From an uncultured Methanomassiliicoccales archaeon (GTDB taxonomy: Archaea; Thermoplasmatota; Thermoplasmata; Methanomassiliicoccales; UBA472), in the NCBI GenBank assembly GCA_963695345.1, contig OY968769.1, positions 1,568,001 to 1,632,000 on the forward strand: 64,000 nt of DNA, read 5' to 3'. How positions within the stretch are numbered: the stretch's first letter is position 1; every line of letters begins with the position of its first letter. A program made the translations under genes and the position numbers. Below are positions 56,196 to 64,000 of this stretch, in pieces. Under the pieces are notes generated by a model that was not told where the DNA came from, ran no database searches, and was given only the letters and a program-made list of their open reading frames with translations.

Positions 56196-57581
56196 TCATC
56201 TGAACCAGTTCGGTCGCGGCTCACATTTCATATGATCGATCACCGACTTCTTCTTCAAGAACATCTGTATGCGCCGCTGGCTGCTGGGAATGCCGCTCTG
56301 CTTCCAGCCTTGGAAGAATTCCCCACAGTTCAAGGACCGACCACAGTCGTTGATCCAGATATTGCCCGCCTCAAGGGAAGAGGCGAGCCTGTTGGCCTTG
56401 ACCTGGTCCTTCGTCCAGATGGTCGCCCCAAGGCCATATGATGTGTCGTTCGCCAGCCTTACCGCCTGGTCCTCATCGTCCACGATCCGGATCGGGCATA
56501 CTGGTCCGAAGGTCTCCTTCCTGGTCACTTCCAGGTCATCCCGATCGATAAGAAGCACGGTCGGTTCGTAGAAGTAGCCGGGGCCATCGATCCTTCTGCC
56601 GCCTTGCAGAATCTTCGAACCGTTGGACACGGCACTTTTCACAACCCGGTCCACCTCGTCCCTGGCCCTTTCCCGGATAAGCGGCCCTACGCTCGCCTTA
56701 GGATCGATATGGGAGGTGATCTCCACCAGGCGGCGGATGAATTGGTCGGCTATTTTCCTGTGAACGTATACGCGCTTTATCCGAATGCAGACCTGGCCGG
56801 CCCTTCCGAACGTCCCCGAGCATACACCCCTGGCGGCCGTCTCGACGTCTGCGTCCGAACAAACAATGCCAGCATCGTTTCCTGAGAGTTCCAGTATCAG
56901 CGGTTTGATCCCGGCGTTCGCGGCGATGTCCAAACCGGTCGCGATGCCGCCGGTGAAGACCAGCGCATCGAAGCCAGATCGGACCATCTTCTTGCCGACG
57001 CTTGCCCCTCCGATGATCGGGATGAAAAGGTCCTTGGGGAATCCCGCATCATGCACCATCTCGGCGACCTTCAAGCCGGACTGGGTGGCCAGTTCAGAGG
57101 GTTTGAAAACGATCCCGTTGCCCGTGAGCATGCCGGGGATTAGTGTGATCATGGTTTGCCAGATGGGAAAGTTCCAGATCCCGATGTGGCCGATGACCCC
57201 GTGGGGGAGGTAGTGGATGGTCGCTTTGGTGTCCACCCACGACGAATCCAGGGGAAAAGCCTCGTCCCGGAACCGGGAATATTCATTGATGTAATGCTCG
57301 ACCCCGTTCAGGGCACTGCTGCACTCTCCCAGAACGGCGTTGCGGGGGAATCCGCATTCCCCATGGACCAGGTCTGCGATGTTCTCCTTTTCCTTTACCA
57401 GGATAGACCCGAGCTCTCTGATGCATGCCGCCCGATCATCCCTGCTGGTCCTCCCATACCACTTCGTCTGGCAGGCCTTTACCCGTGCCAATGCATCGTC
57501 AACTTCGTTATCCGATGAAGAACTGAACTCGGCTACGACCTCTCCAGTACAAGGGTTGACGGATTGGATGTCCACGTTCAA
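56196..57581 (-). CDS. NAD(P)-dependent aldehyde dehydrogenase
   Basis: WNFP, KPSE, FTGG, LELSGND, GQVCIR (catalytic Cys), ETFGPV and YGLGA. Confidence 0.93.
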   Translation of the reverse strand: MNVDIQSVNPCTGEVVAEFSSSSDNEVDDALARVKACQTKWYGRTSRDDRAACIRELGSILVKEKENIADLVHGECGFPRNAVLGECSSALNGVEHYINEYSRFRDEAFPLDSSWVDTKATIHYLPHGVIGHIGIWNFPIWQTMITLIPGMLTGNGIVFKPSELATQSGLKVAEMVHDAGFPKDLFIPIIGGASVGKKMVRSGFDALVFTGGIATGLDIAANAGIKPLILELSGNDAGIVCSDADVETAARGVCSGTFGRAGQVCIRIKRVYVHRKIADQFIRRLVEITSHIDPKASVGPLIRERARDEVDRVVKSAVSNGSKILQGGRRIDGPGYFYEPTVLLIDRDDLEVTRKETFGPVCPIRIVDDEDQAVRLANDTSYGLGATIWTKDQVKANRLASSLEAGNIWINDCGRSLNCGEFFQGWKQSGIPSSQRRIQMFLKKKSVIDHMKCEPRPNWFR

Positions 57582-57808
57582 TGAATTGTTGACCCACTAG
57601 ATATATCCAAACGTTTTCCCTGCCTGGAATCGCAATCATCATTTACGAGGGATGATCACTGGCAAGCCCTAAGAATGATATTCGCTTCCGACTGAATAAG
57701 ATGTCGATCATCGTCCTCTCCATGTTGTTCGTCCTCTCAGTCAACTTTTTGTATGTTGGGCTCTGAGATGAACCGCATAGGGCGTACCGACCAGGCACGC
57801 CAGGTGGT

Positions 57809-58312
57809 ATGGCGATGAAAGACATTGGATTGATGATAATCGAGGACCACAGAGAGTTCCGGAGAGAGATTCTTGAGCTGAGGCATTCATCGAACTCGGA
57901 CGCGGGATTTAGGGAGGAGGTACTGGCGGATCTTCTTCGGCGGCTTGCAGCCCATCATGTGGCGGAAGAGAAAACGTTGTTCCCTGCGATGGAGGAGCTG
58001 TCTGCCGAGAAGGAATTCGCCATGGAGCTTATCGAGGAACACCGCGCCATGGAGATACTTTATTCCGATCTGGTGATGACCGGCTACGGCAAGGAGATCT
58101 GGCTGCCGCGCCTCCGCCCCATCCTGGAGGTGCATGAGACCCACATGGCCCGTGAGGAATCCAACCTCATACCCCGGCTGAACAAGATGTTCGGAAAGAA
58201 ACGGCTAGAGGAACTGGGGGATGGCTTCGACCGCTTCAGGGAGGCAGAGCTGAAGAAGGATATTTACACCTGGCGCGACTGCAGCACGGCGGCAGCCGAG
58301 AGGCTTAGATAG
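57809..58312 (+). CDS. Hemerythrin-like cation-binding protein
   Basis: EDH, HHVAEE..FP, EEH and HMAREE..IP. Confidence 0.85.
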   Translation: MAMKDIGLMIIEDHREFRREILELRHSSNSDAGFREEVLADLLRRLAAHHVAEEKTLFPAMEELSAEKEFAMELIEEHRAMEILYSDLVMTGYGKEIWLPRLRPILEVHETHMAREESNLIPRLNKMFGKKRLEELGDGFDRFREAELKKDIYTWRDCSTAAAERLR

Positions 58313-58455
58313 CCTGACGGGGAGAAAGACCGTACCCGGTCGCAATTGGAGCTCTCCCTAATACCAGCGTCATCAGGTCCTTCATAGGGCAACAATGACC
58401 GCCTTCGCATTAGTTAATGATTAATCCATTGTCGTCCTTTATTGGAACGATCATC

Positions 58456-59991
58456 ATGCCTTCAGTGATTCAGGATCCCTACGATCAATTGCTCGAAAGG
58501 TCGAAAAGGCTCACCGTCCTCGGAACCACCGCTGCATTGGCTGGCTGGGACATGCAGACATACATGCCTGCGAAGGGCATCGGGCTTCGCAGCGAACAGC
58601 TCTCCCTGATGAGCATCCTTTATCACCAGTCATTGACCGATCCCAAGGTCGCCGAGCTGCTGGAGAAGATAGAGGAATCCAAGGGATACGCCGACCTAGG
58701 CCAGGAACAGAAGAGGAACGTCTACCTCATGCGCAAGGCCTATGATGAGACGTCCAAGATACCGGAGGATCTGGTCGCCAGGATGTCAAAGCAGGAGACT
58801 GTCACATTCGATGCCTGGAGGAAGGCCAAGGCGGCCAAGGACTACCAGGCCTATGCGCCCGAGCTCTCCAAGATGATAGAACTGAAGAAAGAGGCCGCCC
58901 AGATCCTGATGGACGTCAAGGGCATGAAGACCCCCTACGACGCCCTCCTCGATTCCTACGAGCCGGGTGTGACAGCGGACAAGATCGGCACGGTCTTCTC
59001 CGATATGAGGGAAGGTCTGGTCCGGATCGTCAAGAAGGTCGAATCGTCCGGGGTGAGGCCCGATGACAAGTTCCTGTCCCGAACGGTCCCGGTCGAGGCG
59101 CAAAGGAAGATCAGCGCCGAAGCGATGAGATTCATCGGTTTCGTTACCGAGGGGGAGAACGCTGGAGGCCGCCTTGACGAAGCTGAGCACCCGTTCACCA
59201 CAGGCTACTATTCAGACGTCCGGATAACGACCCATTACTATCCGAACAAGTTCTCATCCAGCATCTACAGCGTCATGCACGAGGGCGGTCACGCCCTGTA
59301 TGAACAGGGCATCCCAGGGGAATGGATGTACCAACCGATCGGGTCTCCATGCAGCTACGGCATCCATGAATCGCAGAGCCGGTACGTGGAGAACATGATC
59401 GGACGCAGCCCCGAGTTCCTTTCCTATATGCTGCCGCGCCTGAGGAAGCTCACGGGCAGGGCGCTCACCGGGATCAAGACCACGGACTTCGTTTCGGCCG
59501 TCAACGTCTTCGAACCGTCGAAGATCCGCATTGAGGCCGACGAGGCGACCTACGGATTGCACATCATCATCAGGTTCGAGATGGAGCAGGACATCATGTC
59601 CGGCAAGTTGTCCGTCGATGAGCTGCCGGGTGCCTGGAACGAACGATACGACAAGTACCTTGGCATGACCGTGGAGAACGATTCCGAGGGAGTGATGCAG
59701 GACGTTCACTGGTCAGGCGGTTCGTTCGGATATTTCCCCAGCTATGCCCTGGGCAACATCTATGGAGGCATGTTCCTGGAGAAGATGGACAAGGATCTGC
59801 CTAGCTGGAGGTCGGACATCAGGGGAGGTAACTATCTGCCGGTAAGGCAATGGCTGGCACAGAACATCCACTCCAAGGGCAGCCTGTATGACCCGGCGGA
59901 CCTGGTCAAGAACGTGACCGGGAAGGACCTGGACATAGCGCCGTTCATCAAGTACCTGGAACGCAAGTGCAAGTACGTCTACGGTGCCTAA
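58456..59991 (+). CDS. Carboxypeptidase, family M32 (Taq/Pfu type)
   Basis: WDMQTYMP, HPF, DVRITT, HEGGHALYEQG, HESQSR, IRIEADE, GVMQDVHW and GYFPSYALG. Confidence 0.96.
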   Translation: MPSVIQDPYDQLLERSKRLTVLGTTAALAGWDMQTYMPAKGIGLRSEQLSLMSILYHQSLTDPKVAELLEKIEESKGYADLGQEQKRNVYLMRKAYDETSKIPEDLVARMSKQETVTFDAWRKAKAAKDYQAYAPELSKMIELKKEAAQILMDVKGMKTPYDALLDSYEPGVTADKIGTVFSDMREGLVRIVKKVESSGVRPDDKFLSRTVPVEAQRKISAEAMRFIGFVTEGENAGGRLDEAEHPFTTGYYSDVRITTHYYPNKFSSSIYSVMHEGGHALYEQGIPGEWMYQPIGSPCSYGIHESQSRYVENMIGRSPEFLSYMLPRLRKLTGRALTGIKTTDFVSAVNVFEPSKIRIEADEATYGLHIIIRFEMEQDIMSGKLSVDELPGAWNERYDKYLGMTVENDSEGVMQDVHWSGGSFGYFPSYALGNIYGGMFLEKMDKDLPSWRSDIRGGNYLPVRQWLAQNIHSKGSLYDPADLVKNVTGKDLDIAPFIKYLERKCKYVYGA

Positions 59992-60157
59992 ACCCCTTCC
60001 CTATTCGACCAAAGACACCGCTCATACGGACAAAGGGCCGCCAAGGCAGAGGGTTATCAAGCCATGGGTCTCATCCGAGGCCAATGCGGTCTCCTGAACC
60101 AATACCGCAAATGTAGATGGTTCAGAAGCGGCGATGATTCGGTAGATCGCCGGCCCT

Positions 60158-61516
60158 TCACATGTTCTTGACCTTCTCCTGATATGCGTGAATGTCGAAC
60201 TTGAGCCTGGCGCCGGTGTAGGTCATTCTTCTCACCTTCCCCAGCACTTCCTTCGGCATCCATGGCCGGCCGTACAGGCCGCCGATGACCATGGCGATCC
60301 CGGTGTAACCGCTCGGATCTCTTCCGTCCAATGAGTATCGGTCGTTGAGCTGGATGGCGAAGCTGAAGGCTTCCTCCGGGCTTCGTGTCCATTCCATAAT
60401 CTTGTTCGCCCAATACTCCCTGAGGTAGCCGTGAATCTTGCCCCGCTTGACCAGTTCCATCTGTGAGGCGTTCCACAAGGGGTCATGCGTCTTCCCCTGA
60501 TCGAGCTCCGCCAGTGAATAGAGATGCTCCCGGACGTCCGACCGGTGACTGTTGATCGATCGCCTGGCCCATTCCGGGAACGCGCCCACCGAGTCATAGA
60601 TAGGAGTATGGAGGCAGAAGTTATCGGCGATCTCCTTCTTCACCACTATCCGATCTATGAAGAGGGACTTGATCGAATCCTCGGCCCTCGTGGAGAGGAC
60701 CCGCAGCACTACCCTCTGCGAGGAAAGCTGTCCGAAGTGGAGATAGGGCGAGAGGTCCGACTGCGCGTTCTTCGAGGGGTCCACCAGTCCCGCCGGATAC
60801 TCGGACATACGCTCCCGGCAGAATCTCTCCAAGGCCGACGTAGCTTCCGTTTCTCCGGGAGATATCCATGTCAGTGGTCTGACGCTCTGGTCCAGATTCA
60901 TGTTGCTCAACGCCTCATCCCAATCGACGGGCAAGGACCGATCCTCCCAGGTCCGGTCCGGCCTGATGGATCCGGGAAAGTCCACCAGATAATCCTGAAG
61001 CAATGGCATGACCTTGTTCCGGTAGCTATCGAATGACATTACCCTGCGTCTTGAAGCGACCCGGCAGGGAACGATGTTATGTGCGTCCACCTCGATCACC
61101 GGGATATCCAGCGCCGCTCCCACCCTGAGCTTACAGTCCATGCTGGTCCGCAATGGGTCGAAATCGGTGACCATCAGGCCCGCCCCCATCCGATGGAGGA
61201 AAGTCGGCATTTCTATCCCTGGGAGTCCTTCCAAAAGATAGAATCCGATGCCAGACTGTTGCAGTTTTGGCTCCAGGTGCCTAAGCCCACCGATCATGAA
61301 ATGAAATTGCCTTAGCGTGGCGCCAAGATCATCCGGGGCAAGGCAGACGACCACGGAGAGAGGAACTCCCTTATCATTGGCCTCCTCCACCGCATAGATG
61401 AGCGCCCAGTTGTCGTCGGCGCGCTGGTCCCTGCCCATCCAGTAGATGACCGGGCCACCCAGGTATCTTTTCCTGCGCAACACCTTCGACCTTCGTTCCA
61501 GCATTTCATCGGGCAT
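60158..61516 (-). CDS. phrB: Class II CPD DNA photolyase
   Basis: YWMGRDQRADDNWAL, VDAHNIVP, SDLSPYLHFGQ, THDPLWNASQ..GKIHGYLREYWA and LNDRYSLDGRDP. Confidence 0.93.
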   Translation of the reverse strand: MPDEMLERRSKVLRRKRYLGGPVIYWMGRDQRADDNWALIYAVEEANDKGVPLSVVVCLAPDDLGATLRQFHFMIGGLRHLEPKLQQSGIGFYLLEGLPGIEMPTFLHRMGAGLMVTDFDPLRTSMDCKLRVGAALDIPVIEVDAHNIVPCRVASRRRVMSFDSYRNKVMPLLQDYLVDFPGSIRPDRTWEDRSLPVDWDEALSNMNLDQSVRPLTWISPGETEATSALERFCRERMSEYPAGLVDPSKNAQSDLSPYLHFGQLSSQRVVLRVLSTRAEDSIKSLFIDRIVVKKEIADNFCLHTPIYDSVGAFPEWARRSINSHRSDVREHLYSLAELDQGKTHDPLWNASQMELVKRGKIHGYLREYWANKIMEWTRSPEEAFSFAIQLNDRYSLDGRDPSGYTGIAMVIGGLYGRPWMPKEVLGKVRRMTYTGARLKFDIHAYQEKVKNM

Positions 61517-61655
61517 CTGGGCACCGTTCTTTGCGTATAATGATGTTCGAGGAGCCGGTAGATAAACAGTGGTCTTTCCCCTGTCGTTATTTTGAATATC
61601 CTACCGGTCTGCTTATCGGAAGGGTTAATTATCCACCGATGCCAGATAGCAATTC

Positions 61656-62303
61656 ATGAATCCATATGACAAAGCCATCGAGGAATACGCCTCGAGGAGC
61701 TCCCGCGAGGTCGATCAGGTGTTCCTCGATCTGAAGGAGGAGACGTATGCCAAGATGTCCAACCCGGGGATGCAGGTCGGCGAGGTGGAAGGACGATTCC
61801 TCCGGCTCCTGGTGGCCATCACCGGGGCCAAGAAGGTGCTCGAATTCGGCACCTTCACCGGCTATTCCGCCCTGATGATGGCCTCAGCCCTTCCCCCAGA
61901 CGGTCTGCTGGTCACATTGGATCGCGATCCTGAAGCGGTGGCCATCGCCAAGAGGTACTTCGCCCAGGTGCCTTACGGAAAGATGATCAAGGTGGTCATG
62001 GGCGATGCCCGGGAAACGGTGCATGACATCAAAGGCGATTTCGATCTGGCTTTCATCGATGCCGACAAAGAAGCTTACGATCTATACTACGAGGCCACGA
62101 TGAAACTGCTCAGACCTGGCGGAATGATCGTTCTGGACAACATGCTGTGGTATGGAAAGGTTCTCGACCCCGCGATCGATGACAAGGATGCCAACGCCAT
62201 CGTCGCCATGAACAAGAAGATCAACAGCGATGAGAGGGTAGAGAATGTACTTCTCACGGTGAGGGACGGAGTAATGCTGGTCCGGAAGCTGCCTATGCCT
62301 TAG
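61656..62303 (+). CDS. Class I SAM-dependent O-methyltransferase (caffeoyl-CoA OMT/MdmC type)
   Basis: LEFGTFTGYS, FDLAFIDADK, DNMLW.G and RDG. Confidence 0.92.
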   Translation: MNPYDKAIEEYASRSSREVDQVFLDLKEETYAKMSNPGMQVGEVEGRFLRLLVAITGAKKVLEFGTFTGYSALMMASALPPDGLLVTLDRDPEAVAIAKRYFAQVPYGKMIKVVMGDARETVHDIKGDFDLAFIDADKEAYDLYYEATMKLLRPGGMIVLDNMLWYGKVLDPAIDDKDANAIVAMNKKINSDERVENVLLTVRDGVMLVRKLPMP

Positions 62304-62754
62304 CGAGCTCCCTGACCTTCTCGATGGACCTTTCAACGTGATCCTTGGGCTGAATGTTGGAAGAGAAGACCATCCTTATCACTCCGTCCTTGTCAACTAC
62401 GTAGGTCACTCTGCCGACTACGTGTGCCACTCCATAGGCTCCGAACATATCCCGGACCCGGTTGCCCGGATCTGACAGCAAAGTGAACGGCAGTTCATGT
62501 TCGATGGCGAACTTCTTGTGCGTTTCCACCGAATCGCCGCTTATGCCGAATATCTCCGCACCCTCCTTCTGGAATGCCTCATACATCTCACGGAACGCAC
62601 GGGCCTGCATGGTACAGCCGGAAGTGAAATCCTTCGGATAGAAATATACTACCAGCACCTTCTTTCCGATGTGCGCGGCCATGTCGACCTCCTTTCCCTC
62701 CTGGTCCAGCAATTTGAACACAGGCGCCCTTTCTCCTTCTTGGAGTCCTTTCAT
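62293..62754 (-). CDS. bcp: Peroxiredoxin Bcp/PrxQ (1-Cys)
   Basis: YFYPKDFTSGCT, GISGD, LLSD and R.TYVVD; GGAGGTGA RBS. Confidence 0.92.
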   Translation of the reverse strand: MKGLQEGERAPVFKLLDQEGKEVDMAAHIGKKVLVVYFYPKDFTSGCTMQARAFREMYEAFQKEGAEIFGISGDSVETHKKFAIEHELPFTLLSDPGNRVRDMFGAYGVAHVVGRVTYVVDKDGVIRMVFSSNIQPKDHVERSIEKVRELAKA

Positions 62755-62862
62755 GAACATCACCTCCATACCGATTCGAGCCGGTCGGATATAAGACCTC
62801 GTTCGGTAGTTCCTTTCGAAGCGGCAGTTGTTGATGCCCTTCGTTCGGAATCATTCACTCAC

Positions 62863-63231
62863 TCAATATGTAAGCGGCAAAGGAATGAGCTCCATGGCGG
62901 AAAAGTCTGAAACCAGGATACCGCCAGATCTGAAGTCCCCCACCAGCTCCAGTACATTGGCCAATGCTTGATCGGGCACGATGACCAACACCCTGACCTT
63001 TTCCATGGCGGCCTCGGCATACTCAATTACCGCATCGGTCCTCTTCCAGCTTTCTTCGCTCTCGATGAAGTCATACTCAACTATTATGCCATCGCCGCGC
63101 CTGATGGTTATGAGGCACCAAAGACCTGATCCTCCATCGAAATAGAGTTCCTCCGCGATCATCGAAAGATTCTGTATGGTTATATCTCTGAGTCGCTGAT
63201 GCACAATGTTCGGGAGATCAATGACCGCCAT
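62863..63231 (-). CDS. Hypothetical protein
   Basis: The 3' part of the 183-aa ORF reads as protein-like. Start moved to the internal ATG because the 5' part overlaps an AT-rich promoter region. Confidence 0.55.
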   Translation of the reverse strand: MAVIDLPNIVHQRLRDITIQNLSMIAEELYFDGGSGLWCLITIRRGDGIIVEYDFIESEESWKRTDAVIEYAEAAMEKVRVLVIVPDQALANVLELVGDFRSGGILVSDFSAMELIPLPLTY

Positions 63232-63414
63232 CAGGTAATTCTCGGAGCGGCCGATATAACAACGTTTTCGTTGTTCATGCAATGAGTCATCTTGATGCAC
63301 TTTGAATTCCCATTTTCCTGAACGGACGAATAGTGTCTCATTTTTCCTATTAAGGATATGCAAGACACGATAAGGTTTTATAATCATGTCGCCAGTAATT
63401 AATGTGAGGTCCAC

Positions 63415-63552
63415 ATGCCAGATATTGAGCTGATAGCCACCGACGCCCCGATTATAAAGATCAAGCAGGTAAAGGAGAAAAGGGTCAAGGACAAGAAGAA
63501 GGGCCTAGACAAACGTCCAAAGGCACAGAATATCAACCCTCGAAGAAGATAA
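63415..63552 (+). CDS. Small basic protein, 45 aa: MPDIELIATDAPIIKIKQVKEKRVKDKKKGLDKRPKAQNINPRRR
   Basis: ATG preceded by a GAGGT RBS and a TTTATAAT TATA-like box; below the ORF-track length cutoff. Confidence 0.55.
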   Translation: MPDIELIATDAPIIKIKQVKEKRVKDKKKGLDKRPKAQNINPRRR

Positions 63553-63624
63553 AAAGGAAAATTGGTGTTTCCGTTTCATCGGGAAGATTGGACGTTGGTG
63601 GGACTGAGGGGGCAGTCGACCGAT

Positions 63625-64000
63625 TCAACGCACAAGGGACCCCGCCCATCGGCGTATCTCGTCCCAGTCCCTGAAGTCGTAAGGTTTGCTCAGGTCCACG
63701 CCCTTGTCCTCAAGGTTCTTGCTGGCACCTACCGATTTCAATACGGTCTTGACCAAGAACCCATATTTGTCGAAGTCGATCTCTCCTCCAAAGATGGCGG
63801 TGGAAGCGGGATTCTTCAACCCGAACCTGTTCGCTACATCGTCCAGGTAGGTCTTCCGGGACTCTTCGATCGGTTTTCTCCCGAACACGACATCGCCGCT
63901 GCAGGCGAAGAGGGCTACGCGTTTGCTGGCCAGTTTTTCCTGATTGTCCTCCAGGAATCTCAGGGCCCCCTTGGACCAAGAACCGACATAGATCCCACTT
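63625..64000 (-). CDS. Flavodoxin-domain (HemG/Flavodoxin_5-like) protein, 5'-partial
   Basis: The frame is open to the window edge: SGIYVGSWSKGALRFLEDNQEKLASKRVALFACSG..FGG..DFRDWDEIRRWA. Confidence 0.85.
   Translation of the reverse strand, partial: SGIYVGSWSKGALRFLEDNQEKLASKRVALFACSGDVVFGRKPIEESRKTYLDDVANRFGLKNPASTAIFGGEIDFDKYGFLVKTVLKSVGASKNLEDKGVDLSKPYDFRDWDEIRRWAGSLVR

Noticed and set aside
1-64000. Internal amber (pyrrolysine) codons, transposases, integrases, rRNA/tRNA genes or a CRISPR array
   Set aside because: I found none by inspection. The recognisable TAG-terminated genes end at about their expected family C-termini.

Overview
This window is about 64 kb of moderately GC-rich archaeal chromosome, most consistent with a Methanomassiliicoccales/Thermoplasmatota methanogen. 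That placement is inferred from archease, archaeal class II GAPDH, a PibD-type prepilin peptidase, an AGT-EndoV fusion, an HdrD-like CCG protein, TATA boxes and GGTGA/GAGGTG ribosome-binding sites. Most genes are housekeeping: a haloarchaeal-type phosphomevalonate decarboxylase, nadX-pepQ-tldD-pmbA, a BlaI/M56-peptidase/ABC-exporter module, ilvC with two tandem ilvB copies, a grpB-luxE-luxC-like cluster, gap and pgk, an Lrp-headed DAP-aminotransferase lysine operon, DNA repair genes, larA-hdrD-like-folP and stress genes. I saw no CRISPR array, rRNA, tRNA or intact transposase. The top finding is that each ilvB copy is preceded by an unannotated 22-codon, GTG-initiated, Val/Leu/Ile-rich leader ORF. 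Each sits 22-23 nt after a TATA box, contains a covarying RNA stem and is followed by a hairpin, which suggests ilvL-like ribosome-mediated attenuation in an archaeon. Other leads are an orphan structured RNA, a BlaI-like operator pair, an ACG-initiated decarboxylase, a TrpD paralogue lacking anthranilate-binding residues, an H1-like tail on IlvC and in-frame amber junctions. Five +1 frameshifts look like sequencing or assembly insertions.
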